This document shows positions 55,102 through 63,680 of a stretch of 64,000 bases of DNA, one piece after another. The notes below the pieces were generated by a model that searched no databases, was not told the origin of the DNA, and saw only the letters and a program-made list of their open reading frames with translations. Position 1 is the first letter of the stretch. Each line of letters opens with the position of its first letter. Made by a program: the position numbers and the translations under genes. This DNA comes from a virus. Lineage: Duplodnaviria; Heunggongvirae; Uroviricota; Caudoviricetes. Where the stretch lies: the IMG/VR virus record IMGVR_UViG_3300010429_001251; one strand, written 5' to 3'.

Positions 55102-55755
55102 CTATACTCCTGCTTCAACTATAATTGCTTTCATGTCTTCCAGACATTCCTTATACTCACCTTCCTCTGTAAAAAGACCTTTACTTTGTTCGATAAGTTC
55201 TTCTATAGTTTTGTAAGCGTTTGAATATGTTCTTGTAACTGGTTGAGCTTTTTCTTCAGTACAACCCGCTCTCTTAGCTGTAGCTACGAAAACTGTAGTA
55301 TCCGCTTTAAACTCGTCTGTAGGTTTTAAAGCTCTACCCTGACCGATTAACACGCCTGAAGATAATCCCAGATCTCTTTCAACTTGTGCTACGGTACTTC
55401 CAGCTTTAATTTCTACTTCCTCGTCCTTTTCTCTACCCTGACGGACAACCACTAATTTAACTGTAGATGCTTCCTTAACAGCCTCTTTCTTAGCAACCGG
55501 CTTTTTAGCTGGGGCTGCTTTTGTAGTTGTAGTTTTCTTAGCCGCCGGTTTTTTAGTAGATGTTTTTGAGGTAGTTGCTTTTTTAGCTGTTCCTACTAAC
55601 TCAACCTTAACCTTATCAGCATCCGCTGCTGAGATATTGCTTGATATTGTTTTGTAGGAAATTTTTAACTTATCTAAAACATCGGTAACTTCTTTATTAG
55701 TTACTCCTATTTCTTTAGATAAATCATAAATACGCACTGTTTCTTTCTTTGTCAT
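55102..55755 (-). CDS. IF2-N-like domain, K/T/A-rich linker, then a ThiS/MoaD-like beta-grasp (ubiquitin-like) domain with a C-terminal extension
   Basis: IF2_N-like VRIYDLSKEIGVTNKEVTDVLDKL and a low-complexity KKPAAKKTTTTKAAPAKKPVAKK linker. The segment VKLVVVRQG...EVEIKAGSTVAQVERDLGL...VLIGQGRALKPTDEFKADTTVFVATAKRAG follows the ThiS/MoaD pattern and ends in AG before a 50-aa tail. The start is moved to the ATG at 55755, behind an AAGGAG RBS. Confidence 0.45.
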   Translation of the reverse strand: MTKKETVRIYDLSKEIGVTNKEVTDVLDKLKISYKTISSNISAADADKVKVELVGTAKKATTSKTSTKKPAAKKTTTTKAAPAKKPVAKKEAVKEASTVKLVVVRQGREKDEEVEIKAGSTVAQVERDLGLSSGVLIGQGRALKPTDEFKADTTVFVATAKRAGCTEEKAQPVTRTYSNAYKTIEELIEQSKGLFTEEGEYKECLEDMKAIIVEAGV

Positions 55756-55772
55756 TGTGACTCTTCTCCTTT

Positions 55773-56582
55773 TCATTTTCTATTAACTATACAAGATTCA
55801 ATTGGTAATTGGAAGCCGGTTTGTTTTGCTACCTCCTTTCTATTAACTACGGCTTTTTTATATGTAACCTTTTCTTCTACGCAATTTGCTGCTACTTCTT
55901 CTTTGCATTTATTGTAAATAGGCTCAAACATATTACGATCTAATTTAGCGGGTATTTCTATGGTTAATTTAGTTGTGTGCCCATTACCTAAAAAGAACCC
56001 TGCTGAGATATTACCTGCTCGGTTTATTATTAGGTATGGGAACCCTTCTTTATCTCTGAGGTCGTTTATTTCTTCATAGTTATCCATATCTGTTTTACTT
56101 GGCTGAACCATAGATATATTAGCGTGACTGTGCCAATCAAGCACCCACTTATGTAGCTCTTTTCTAGGAACACTAGCCATAAAAGAAGCTACTGCTACCG
56201 CATCGGCTTCTGCGTGACTACTCTTCACTATTTGATTAGGAAGAATAGCTATATCGGTAACAACCCCATTCTCTATTTTGCCAAAACCGGCTATTTCTAG
56301 TTTACCTACTAGCTGGACATAACAATTCATCTTTATCCAAGCTTCCGAGGTAAATGTTATCTTTTCAGGAATGTTTCCTGTCATAAGATTTTTTAGATAT
56401 GTTAAACATTCTTGAGGTCTTACGGGTATATGGTTTATTATAGGGGTTTCTACCTCAGCTACTTCTGGGTATTCGGGTATAACTTCATTTCTAAACCCGT
56501 AGATGTGTTCATACTGAGAGGGGGGAATTCCTGGTAGTGTTCCATTTCCTTTTCGTCTACCTGTGTGCGCTTTTGATTTCAT
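55773..56582 (-). CDS. JAB/MPN (JAMM) metalloprotease-domain protein
   Basis: JAMM motif HSHANISMVQPSKTD (HxH-x8-S-xx-D) with an upstream acidic residue (SSHAEAD). Confidence 0.55.
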   Translation of the reverse strand: MKSKAHTGRRKGNGTLPGIPPSQYEHIYGFRNEVIPEYPEVAEVETPIINHIPVRPQECLTYLKNLMTGNIPEKITFTSEAWIKMNCYVQLVGKLEIAGFGKIENGVVTDIAILPNQIVKSSHAEADAVAVASFMASVPRKELHKWVLDWHSHANISMVQPSKTDMDNYEEINDLRDKEGFPYLIINRAGNISAGFFLGNGHTTKLTIEIPAKLDRNMFEPIYNKCKEEVAANCVEEKVTYKKAVVNRKEVAKQTGFQLPIESCIVNRK

Positions 56583-56585
56583 CTC

Positions 56586-57164
56586 TTACTCCTTTTCAAT
56601 TGTGTAAAACTGATTATTATTCCTATGAGCTAACTTTTGTATAAAATCCTCTACGTGTATAGGCGCATAGTTATGACAGTCTATGCCTACATCCATAGAT
56701 CTTCCAAATACCTGTGTTAATGTTCCATGCTCGTGCCCAAAGGCATGAAATGAATTATGATAGCTACAATTCCAACGTAAGTGTGGATAGTGAGAAAGCC
56801 ATACTTTATGTATTCCTACTTTTATCATTGCAGTTGTTCTAAAGTTTTGAATACGTCCATCCTTTTTAAAAGTGATGTAATCCATTTCAGGATCATGATT
56901 TCCTCCAATCACATACATTTTTATGTCTGGACGAATTTGTTTAAGCATTTGATCTATAACATCTCTTGATCTTTTACCGCCTTCATGAAGACTTATACTG
57001 TTTAAATCGCCTAAATTATAGAGAACGGCATCTTTAGGTAATTTGTTTACGTTCTCGATAATAGTCTCATTGTGTTCTTCAATTGTAGCAAACGGTCTTT
57101 TACAATGATGTAAAATGTTAAAGTGATTCAAATGCCAATCGGCAGTTAAAAACAGGTCTTGCAT
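56586..57164 (-). CDS. calcineurin-like metallophosphoesterase
   Basis: DWHLNH, GDLNS, GGNHD and GHEH motifs. Confidence 0.65.
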   Translation of the reverse strand: MQDLFLTADWHLNHFNILHHCKRPFATIEEHNETIIENVNKLPKDAVLYNLGDLNSISLHEGGKRSRDVIDQMLKQIRPDIKMYVIGGNHDPEMDYITFKKDGRIQNFRTTAMIKVGIHKVWLSHYPHLRWNCSYHNSFHAFGHEHGTLTQVFGRSMDVGIDCHNYAPIHVEDFIQKLAHRNNNQFYTIEKE

Positions 57165-57192
57165 AATTCTTTCCCTCTATCCAAACTAACTA

Positions 57193-57336
57193 CTAATCTT
57201 CTTCACTCTCGTCTTGTTCTTTTTGTATTACCTCTTCATAATGATCCAAGCAATAATATTTTCTCTCGTGGACAAGCGCTTCTGTTTCATAATCTAGCAT
57301 CTTCCCACACACGCAGCATTTGGTGTACATAATCAT
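57193..57336 (-). CDS. small zinc-ribbon protein
   Basis: 47 aa with CCVCGK...C.DH; ATGA overlap with the upstream stop. Confidence 0.3.
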   Translation of the reverse strand: MIMYTKCCVCGKMLDYETEALVHERKYYCLDHYEEVIQKEQDESEED

Positions 57337-58463
57337 TTATACTCCTTTACCTTTACATCCACATTCAGCTTAGTTATATTCAATCTAATAACAAATTCAG
57401 TTGTTCTGTACTCTACGTCATCTAAAAAGGTAACTTGTTTCTCACCCTTAAGCGTTTCAATACGCTTCTTTAATAGGTCTCCTACCACTGTGAGATCATC
57501 TTTCTCTATTTTCACAGGTTTAGACTCTAGCTGATTTTTTAAGTTTAAAATCTCTAGATCTCGGGTGTGTAGAATCTCTTTCATCTTTTTCAACATAGGG
57601 GTTAAATTTTTAGCCGCTTTATCTAAAGATAATTCAGGCTCTTCCTTAGCAACTTTGGTTTGGGGCTCAGGTTTATTTCTAAGCGCATAATCTATACAGT
57701 ATTTTTTATATGCATCTGTAAATCCTGGTATACTCTCTCTGTTTATTTTTAAATTCCAAAATAGTGTATTTAAAGATCCCACTGTTCTATCGGGGAGTAA
57801 CATCATTAGCTGCTCAATAGCCATATTATTTAAGACAGCCTTTTTAATTATGTCTAATTCATATTGCTTCCATTTATTAGCATAGTTTCCTTTTTTCTCG
57901 GTTAGTTTCTTACTTAACCATTTAAATCTTGTTGATTCAGCCTTTGCTGGCTCTTTTACCGCTGTTTTAGTTCTTAAGATATCACAGGCTATTTTTTCAC
58001 CCTCTTTTATTTGTTTTCTTAATTCAGATATTTTAGAAACCAATCCTAACCTTGATCTTCCAGGAAGATTAATTTCTCTAGAGGGTAGATTACTCCTAAT
58101 GCAATCTTTGATATAATCAATCTCTTTCTTAGAGTAGTTTTTATTTGTTCTAAGTTCTTCTACGGGATTATGTTCATATTTAGACATGTTTTGTAAGCCT
58201 TCTATTTGCTGATAAACAGAGGCTTTAGTTTTATCTTTAAAGAATTCCATAATCTCTGGAATGGTAGAGGAAGAACTTACTAGCTCAGCTAAATCTTTTA
58301 AGTCATCTAGACTAAACTTATCTGTTCCACTCTCATCCAATTTCAGTTTTTTAGCTCTCTTGTAAATATTAAGCTCTTCGCCAATATTATCTTTGAGCTC
58401 TTTAAGTGCTACCTTACCATAATTCTGGCTAAGGTATTCATCCATAGCAACGTTCCAGTCCAT
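57333..58463 (-). CDS. hypothetical protein (coiled-coil rich)
   Basis: 376-aa ORF, first large gene after the RHH regulator. Confidence 0.5.
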   Translation of the reverse strand: MDWNVAMDEYLSQNYGKVALKELKDNIGEELNIYKRAKKLKLDESGTDKFSLDDLKDLAELVSSSSTIPEIMEFFKDKTKASVYQQIEGLQNMSKYEHNPVEELRTNKNYSKKEIDYIKDCIRSNLPSREINLPGRSRLGLVSKISELRKQIKEGEKIACDILRTKTAVKEPAKAESTRFKWLSKKLTEKKGNYANKWKQYELDIIKKAVLNNMAIEQLMMLLPDRTVGSLNTLFWNLKINRESIPGFTDAYKKYCIDYALRNKPEPQTKVAKEEPELSLDKAAKNLTPMLKKMKEILHTRDLEILNLKNQLESKPVKIEKDDLTVVGDLLKKRIETLKGEKQVTFLDDVEYRTTEFVIRLNITKLNVDVKVKEYK

Positions 58464-58480
58464 TAGTTTCTCCTTCTAAT

Positions 58481-58666
58481 TTATTGTGTGGCTTCTATTT
58501 TTTCAAAATATTCTGTTAAAGCCTGAATTATTATTGTTGTTCTAGGAATACCCGTTTTCTTATTTCTACGTTCTATTTTAGCTAATAGTTCATTAGGAAT
58601 TTGATAACTCCTAGGTGTGCAGTTATCCTTTTCTTTAGGTCTGCCTACGTGTCTATCGTTTACCAT
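58481..58666 (-). CDS. Ribbon-helix-helix (CopG/Arc/MetJ-like) DNA-binding protein
   Basis: RHH pattern GRPKE...RSYQIPNELLAKIE...GIPRTTIIIQALTEYF; 61 aa. Confidence 0.5.
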   Translation of the reverse strand: MVNDRHVGRPKEKDNCTPRSYQIPNELLAKIERRNKKTGIPRTTIIIQALTEYFEKIEATQ

Positions 58667-58704
58667 CTAAGATCTCCTTGTCCGTGTTTACTTCATATAA
58701 TCAA

Positions 58705-58772
58705 TTTTAAGGGGTTTATTTTTTGGGTTAGGGGTTAAACTACCTAAACAATTTTTAAACCCCGTTAACAGT
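58705..58772. repeat. G4/C4 inverted-repeat element, copy B (TTTTAAGGGGTTTATTTTTTGGGTTAGGGGTT...AAACCCCGTTAACAG)
   Basis: Direct-repeat homologue of copy A at 46351-46430; upstream of the RHH/E1-JAB operon. Confidence 0.5.
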
Positions 58773-58809
58773 CATTTAAAACCGTGTATTTTTAACTATT
58801 TAAATAATA

Positions 58810-58843
58810 AAAGGGTTTAAAAAATTAAACCCTTTTATTTCTT
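58810..58843. terminator. Bidirectional hairpin terminator (AAAGGGTTTA-aaaaat-TAAACCCTTT with T-tracts on both sides)
   Basis: 10-bp stem. T-rich on the plus side (TATTTCTTT) and A-rich upstream, which is T-rich on the minus strand, so it can terminate minus gene 58864..59256. Confidence 0.5.
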
Positions 58844-58863
58844 TGTCCTCTAAAGTTTGAAGC

Positions 58864-59256
58864 TTAGTACTCTGTTGGCTGCGGTACAGCGTCAGGGGTA
58901 GCTGCTTCTTTTTTAGCGTCTTTTAAAGCTTTTGCGGCGGCTTTAGCTGCTGCTTTTTCTTGAGCTTTCTTTTCACGTTCTTCTGCTTTTTGTCTTAATT
59001 TAAGATCTCTTTCTTCGTTTTTCTTTTGTTTTGCAGCTTCACGTTCAAGTTTCTTTTGCTCTTTTCGTTCGTCAGCTTGTGGAGCGAATTGTTTCTTGTA
59101 CTCTTCCACTTCACTCATGATTCCAGCTAATTGGGGTTCAAGTTCTGGACTTAATGCAATTATGCCTTTAAGGTCTCTCAAAATCCTTGAAAAAAATGTC
59201 CCAGTTTTGAATCCGTGGGGAATACTTACTCCATTCACTTCTGTTGCTTTACCCAT
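58864..59256 (-). CDS. hypothetical protein with a K/E/A-rich coiled-coil tail
   Basis: 130-aa ORF with RBS GGAGAAAA. Confidence 0.45.
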   Translation of the reverse strand: MGKATEVNGVSIPHGFKTGTFFSRILRDLKGIIALSPELEPQLAGIMSEVEEYKKQFAPQADERKEQKKLEREAAKQKKNEERDLKLRQKAEEREKKAQEKAAAKAAAKALKDAKKEAATPDAVPQPTEY

Positions 59257-59374
59257 GTTTTTTCTCCTTTTCTTCTATTTTGTAAATATCCACTTGATAT
59301 TTACCGTATTTAAAAATATAACATAAATTAGAATAAAATAAATATCAATATAAAAAATTTACAAAACTTTAGAG

Positions 59375-59836
59375 TTAAGAGGATAATATTTTTAAAACTA
59401 CTTGTAGCAGTTGTTCAATATCGTTTTTATCGGTTACATGATTGTATGCTGCATTTAATGCTTCTTTTATTTCTTTTTGTCTATAACCTAAACTATATAA
59501 AACTTCTTCTACATCTTCCTGACAATCGCTTGCTTCGGGGGTTATTATTTCTTTATCCCCTGCCCAGCTTAAATCAAATTGTTTATTTAAACCTCTATAT
59601 GCTTCAATCTTTTCTTGTAACTTAGCTAGTAAAGTATTGATATAATTTTCAGGACACGTTTCATTTAGGCTCTCTACATAGCTAACAATGTCTTGCCACA
59701 CCTCCGGGTATGTCAAGTATGTTCTTAGGTATAAGTCCCATAAGTAGGGAATTAACCTTTTTGGGTAGGGTAAGAACAATTTGATATTAGTCTTACTTCC
59801 ATGATGGAGGGGGCTGAAAGTATCCATTGTTGTCAT
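59375..59836 (-). CDS. hypothetical protein
   Basis: 153-aa ORF. Confidence 0.45.
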   Translation of the reverse strand: MTTMDTFSPLHHGSKTNIKLFLPYPKRLIPYLWDLYLRTYLTYPEVWQDIVSYVESLNETCPENYINTLLAKLQEKIEAYRGLNKQFDLSWAGDKEIITPEASDCQEDVEEVLYSLGYRQKEIKEALNAAYNHVTDKNDIEQLLQVVLKILSS

Positions 59837-59928
59837 CTATTTACTCCATTTACTCCTTATTAAAAAGATAATATAACATCTTCTTAATAAGAAGTAAATC
59901 CTATACTATCTAAATAAGGCTTTGCGCC

Positions 59929-60126
59929 TTACTTTAAGCCTACAATTACATTAGGATTTTGTCCGGTTAATCGGCTTACTCGAGAGCTTTCTTTAGGAAA
60001 ATACATTTGATATTCTGTATCTTCAAAAGCTATATTAGCATCTGCAAAACCGCTGTCTTGGATATTTTCTAACTGTTCTTGTAGTTTTCCGATAAATGTA
60101 GATAACAGCATAATTACTCTCCTCAA
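59929..60126 (-). CDS. hypothetical small protein
   Basis: 65-aa ORF with RBS GAGGAG. Confidence 0.35.
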   Translation of the reverse strand: MRRVIMLLSTFIGKLQEQLENIQDSGFADANIAFEDTEYQMYFPKESSRVSRLTGQNPNVIVGLK

Positions 60127-60377
60127 ATACTACCCCATCATAAGTCTAAGACTTATTTAAATAGTATAGGGAATTACTTCTTATGGGTTTCATTATTTAG
60201 TTGTCAAGGTACACATAAAACCTTTTTACAGGGGTTTTTTAACCTGTTAAATATATTTTACCATATAAAACAATATAAAACAATAAATTAATATTACTTA
60301 ACATTTATCAACCCTATACTTATGGATTGATAGAGCTAAAAATAATAAAACTAATATAATTGCTAATATGACCATGT

Positions 60378-60563
60378 TTATCTCCCTATCTCATTCCATC
60401 TTCTGTGCATATAGGCTCTACTTATAAATTTTTCTATGGTGTAGTCTCCGCTACTAAAGTCTATTCTTAAAGCGAATGGAAAAGTTTTTGAAATGCCTTC
60501 TAACGTTTCAGTTACTCTTCTCACTGTATATATTTTGCCTGTTTCTGTATTACGGAATTTCAT
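60378..60563 (-). CDS. hypothetical small protein
   Basis: 61-aa ORF. Confidence 0.3.
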   Translation of the reverse strand: MKFRNTETGKIYTVRRVTETLEGISKTFPFALRIDFSSGDYTIEKFISRAYMHRRWNEIGR

Positions 60564-60920
60564 TTATATCATCTCCGAATAATCCTGCCACTTGTTTTCA
60601 TAGGCTATATTGAAAAAGTGTTGATATACCTCTACGCCTGTTTCTACTTTGATTTTATTTTGTTCCCCGCCTATCCTTTTATGATCCATATAGTTATCAA
60701 ATATTTTAAAATAGCGCTTATCAGTATGTAAAAAATAGCAAACGCTGGTTAATTCTTTTGAATACTGGCACTGTGTTAATATGGATTGCTCACGAAATAG
60801 TTGAACTTTCTTAATTTGATAGGGTATCCCGTGTACCTTTACTACTCCTAAAACTATCATGCCAATATCTATTGCCACAAATCCGCTAATAATTAACACT
60901 TTTGCTATTTTATCGTACAT
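60564..60920 (-). CDS. membrane protein (N-terminal TM helix)
   Basis: VLIISGFVAIDIGMIVLGVV hydrophobic segment. Confidence 0.4.
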   Translation of the reverse strand: MYDKIAKVLIISGFVAIDIGMIVLGVVKVHGIPYQIKKVQLFREQSILTQCQYSKELTSVCYFLHTDKRYFKIFDNYMDHKRIGGEQNKIKVETGVEVYQHFFNIAYENKWQDYSEMI

Positions 60921-60930
60921 ACTCTTCTCC

Positions 60931-61173
60931 TTACCATTTATTTAAAGGGCATCTTGACTTCAAAAATGCTACCTTCTTTACTACAAAACATCCACATTTA
61001 CCGCAGTGATGCGTCTTTTGTAAAATCTTAACTAATTGGTCACAGATCTTACATTTAGATAATCTTAGCAATCTAATATGTCTAGGGGCTTTTACAACTC
61101 TATTTAAAATAGAGTCAATTACTACATCTTTTAAGCTATATTTAAAAAAGAAATTATATAAAATTGGAATCAT
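60931..61173 (-). CDS. small Cys-rich protein
   Basis: CKICDQ...CGKCGC motifs. Confidence 0.35.
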   Translation of the reverse strand: MIPILYNFFFKYSLKDVVIDSILNRVVKAPRHIRLLRLSKCKICDQLVKILQKTHHCGKCGCFVVKKVAFLKSRCPLNKW

Positions 61174-61187
61174 TTATTCTCCGATAT

Positions 61188-62027
61188 CTATCTACTAATA
61201 ACTCTTATCTTTTTTATCAAGGGTAAATCCTTTTTTCCTTTTATAAAAGGTTTAATCCATGTCCAACCTAATTGCTCATTTCCAGCTCTATCTTTACCCT
61301 TACTGTAAGGGGTTTTTAGTTTTCGCCAATGCCCCATAACCTCAAATCTATGAGAATATACAACGTTTTCGTTAGATCTTTTATTAATAGCTTTTGGTTT
61401 ATTGCTTATGTATATTACTTTATTTATTTTATATTTTTTCCTATTCTTACCATTTCTTATTTTTATTTTTTCGCTATCATTGGTGTAATAATATCCTTTA
61501 TCTTGTAATTCTTTTAATTCACTTTTAATGACAAGGATACACGCTTCAATTAAACCGATATTATCCGAAATTATAGGCTCATTTTTGTAACTAAACGCTA
61601 ATATCTTTTTATGCTGAGTTATCATTGTATTATCTTTGTATGTTCCTAAATATATAAGAGCATGAACTATAAAATCTTTTGGGTGTATTTCATAAACAAA
61701 AGCCCCCATACAGGATATAAACTTGTCTGTACTACCTTCTAAGTAATAAGGGGCAAGCGCATTAAATTTGTGTTCGTCTTCTTTCTTTTGAAACCAGCAA
61801 CACTTGAAAGGTAGGTCTAACTCTAAAGCACCTAGTTCTCTAGGGAGTTCAAAAATTCCTTTCTTTACTTCTCCTATTATAGGTCTTACATCCCTTATAT
61901 TAGAATAAATAAATTCTGGATTCACTATTGAACTAGAAAATCCATTTTTACTAAGAGAGTCTTCTTCGTAAAATCTATCGGGGTGTTCTAATAAATCTAG
62001 AAATACTTTTAAATAATTTAAACTCAT
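61188..62027 (-). CDS. hypothetical protein
   Basis: 279-aa ORF. Confidence 0.45.
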   Translation of the reverse strand: MSLNYLKVFLDLLEHPDRFYEEDSLSKNGFSSSIVNPEFIYSNIRDVRPIIGEVKKGIFELPRELGALELDLPFKCCWFQKKEDEHKFNALAPYYLEGSTDKFISCMGAFVYEIHPKDFIVHALIYLGTYKDNTMITQHKKILAFSYKNEPIISDNIGLIEACILVIKSELKELQDKGYYYTNDSEKIKIRNGKNRKKYKINKVIYISNKPKAINKRSNENVVYSHRFEVMGHWRKLKTPYSKGKDRAGNEQLGWTWIKPFIKGKKDLPLIKKIRVISR

Positions 62028-62608
62028 TATTTTATCCTCTCGTAAATATAGACATCATCATGTAAGCCCCACCATTGAGGGATATAGACTTTTTCTTTCA
62101 GGTGGAAATATTCAGACAAATAGTTATGAAAGCTGTCATCTCCAGTACAGCCGCCACTGCCTTCTCCTATATAGATAATATATTTACCTTGGAAGTTTAC
62201 AGCACAGTTAAAAGCAAAGGGCTCAGCGTAATCAGGCCAGCACAGCATTAAATTTATATGTCGGGGCTGACTTAATAGAATGTTTTCATTACCCTTTTCT
62301 ATGACCGTGTAGGGGGTTTTAAATTGATTCCAGCTATAATTGTCATAAGGTTTTATATTAACCCCTTGCTGTTGAAGCAACCACGCCCAATATCCATTTC
62401 CTGCGCCAAGTTCAATAATGGGGCTATATTTTGCAATGGTTTTTATAGCATTTTCGTCGGGTACAGCAAAAGCATATTTAAAGCAATAGTCATAACGATT
62501 AGTATATAGCTTATTTGTATCATTTAAGATATCATCAAAGCTTATATGCTTATCGCCTTTAATCTTTTTAAACTCATCCAGATACGGGTTTTTAAGCATT
62601 GTTTCCAT
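62027..62608 (-). CDS. Putative SAM-dependent methyltransferase-fold protein
   Basis: Motif I-like IIELGAGNGYWAWLL. Confidence 0.35.
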   Translation of the reverse strand: METMLKNPYLDEFKKIKGDKHISFDDILNDTNKLYTNRYDYCFKYAFAVPDENAIKTIAKYSPIIELGAGNGYWAWLLQQQGVNIKPYDNYSWNQFKTPYTVIEKGNENILLSQPRHINLMLCWPDYAEPFAFNCAVNFQGKYIIYIGEGSGGCTGDDSFHNYLSEYFHLKEKVYIPQWWGLHDDVYIYERIK

Positions 62609-63022
62609 CTCTTACCTCTCAGCTTCTAATTAAATAGCTCAGCTACAAGCTATTTAGGAAGAAGCCCTTAGGGCTAGGCTTCCAGTTTGTTCAGTTTCTC
62701 CGGTTTAGAAAAGATAGATTGTTCATTTTCAACTATTTGAATGCTGTTTGGCTTTTTCATAAGCCCTAATAGTCCAATTCCAATCATAATAATTGATGTG
62801 ATCTTTTGAAACATGGTCTGCTCCTTTCTAAGCTACGATTAACTGTTTTTCCTTTTGATAGCGCAGCCTCTCATAGTGGGCTACTCCTACTAACCTAAAA
62901 CCATAGTCTTCTAACTGTTCCACTGTCATTGTTTCTCCTGACAGCATGGCTTTTAGGATTTGGGTTGTGTCGTGAAGTTGTTGTCCTGATAATTTGGTGC
63001 TCATGGTTTGTTCTCTCCGTGT

Positions 63023-63211
63023 CTAGTTAGTGCCTCGTTTATGTTTCTTTTTTAGAACATCTATAGTCATCTCTAACTCTCGCTGCCTATCCTTAACATA
63101 ATTTGCTAAAGTATGACCATTGGCATTAACCCCACATCCAGCACAGATTCCATAATGCAGCTCGGGCTGTGTGTTTGCTATAACTTTTCCACATCGGCTA
63201 CAAATAAGCAT
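63023..63211 (-). CDS. zinc-ribbon protein
   Basis: CSRCGK...CAGCG. Confidence 0.35.
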   Translation of the reverse strand: MLICSRCGKVIANTQPELHYGICAGCGVNANGHTLANYVKDRQRELEMTIDVLKKKHKRGTN

Positions 63212-63216
63212 TATAG

Positions 63217-63366
63217 ATCCTTTACTAGCTCCCTTAGATTATTGAATTTGCTTCTATAGTGAACATAGGCTTTTAGCGGAAAGCCGTGTTCTTTGGAGTT
63301 TTCCAACTCCGTAATGAGTTTAAAAGCCGCTTCTTTTCGTTTGTCTTTAGATACAATTGTGTTCAT
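63217..63366 (-). CDS. hypothetical small protein
   Basis: About 50-aa ORF with ATGA overlap at the upstream stop; coordinates approximate. Confidence 0.2.
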
Positions 63367-63680
63367 GTCAACTCCTTTTCACTTGGATCTGCGATAAGTT
63401 CTTCTATTGTTTCGGTGTCGCCGAAAAAGATATCTTTAACACTCTTTAATTTAGAATCAGTCATAAGGGTTTGTCTTGTCCCCTCTAATATAGCTATACA
63501 ACTCTCAAAAGTGGCTATTTGATATTCTATATTTTCTATTTGCTCTTCATCATCTTGAAATAATGAAGATACAAACTTTAAACAAGCAGCCATACTCTTA
63601 AACGAGTCTGTCATAGCTATAATTTCAGCTTGTTTAAGCTTTTTTAGATTATCTAAATCGTGTTGAGCAAATTGTGCCAT
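63363..63680 (-). CDS. hypothetical protein
   Basis: 105-aa ORF with an ATGA-type overlap to the sigma gene. Confidence 0.4.
   Translation of the reverse strand: MAQFAQHDLDNLKKLKQAEIIAMTDSFKSMAACLKFVSSLFQDDEEQIENIEYQIATFESCIAILEGTRQTLMTDSKLKSVKDIFFGDTETIEELIADPSEKELT

Noticed and set aside
55773-56582. RadC-type DNA repair protein as an alternative reading of the JAB domain
   Set aside because: RadC proteins are about 220 aa, usually HNH-P, and occur alone. Here the JAB gene is sandwiched between a beta-grasp protein and an E1-like enzyme, which favours a peptidase role in a Ubl system. RadC-like function cannot be excluded without structure.
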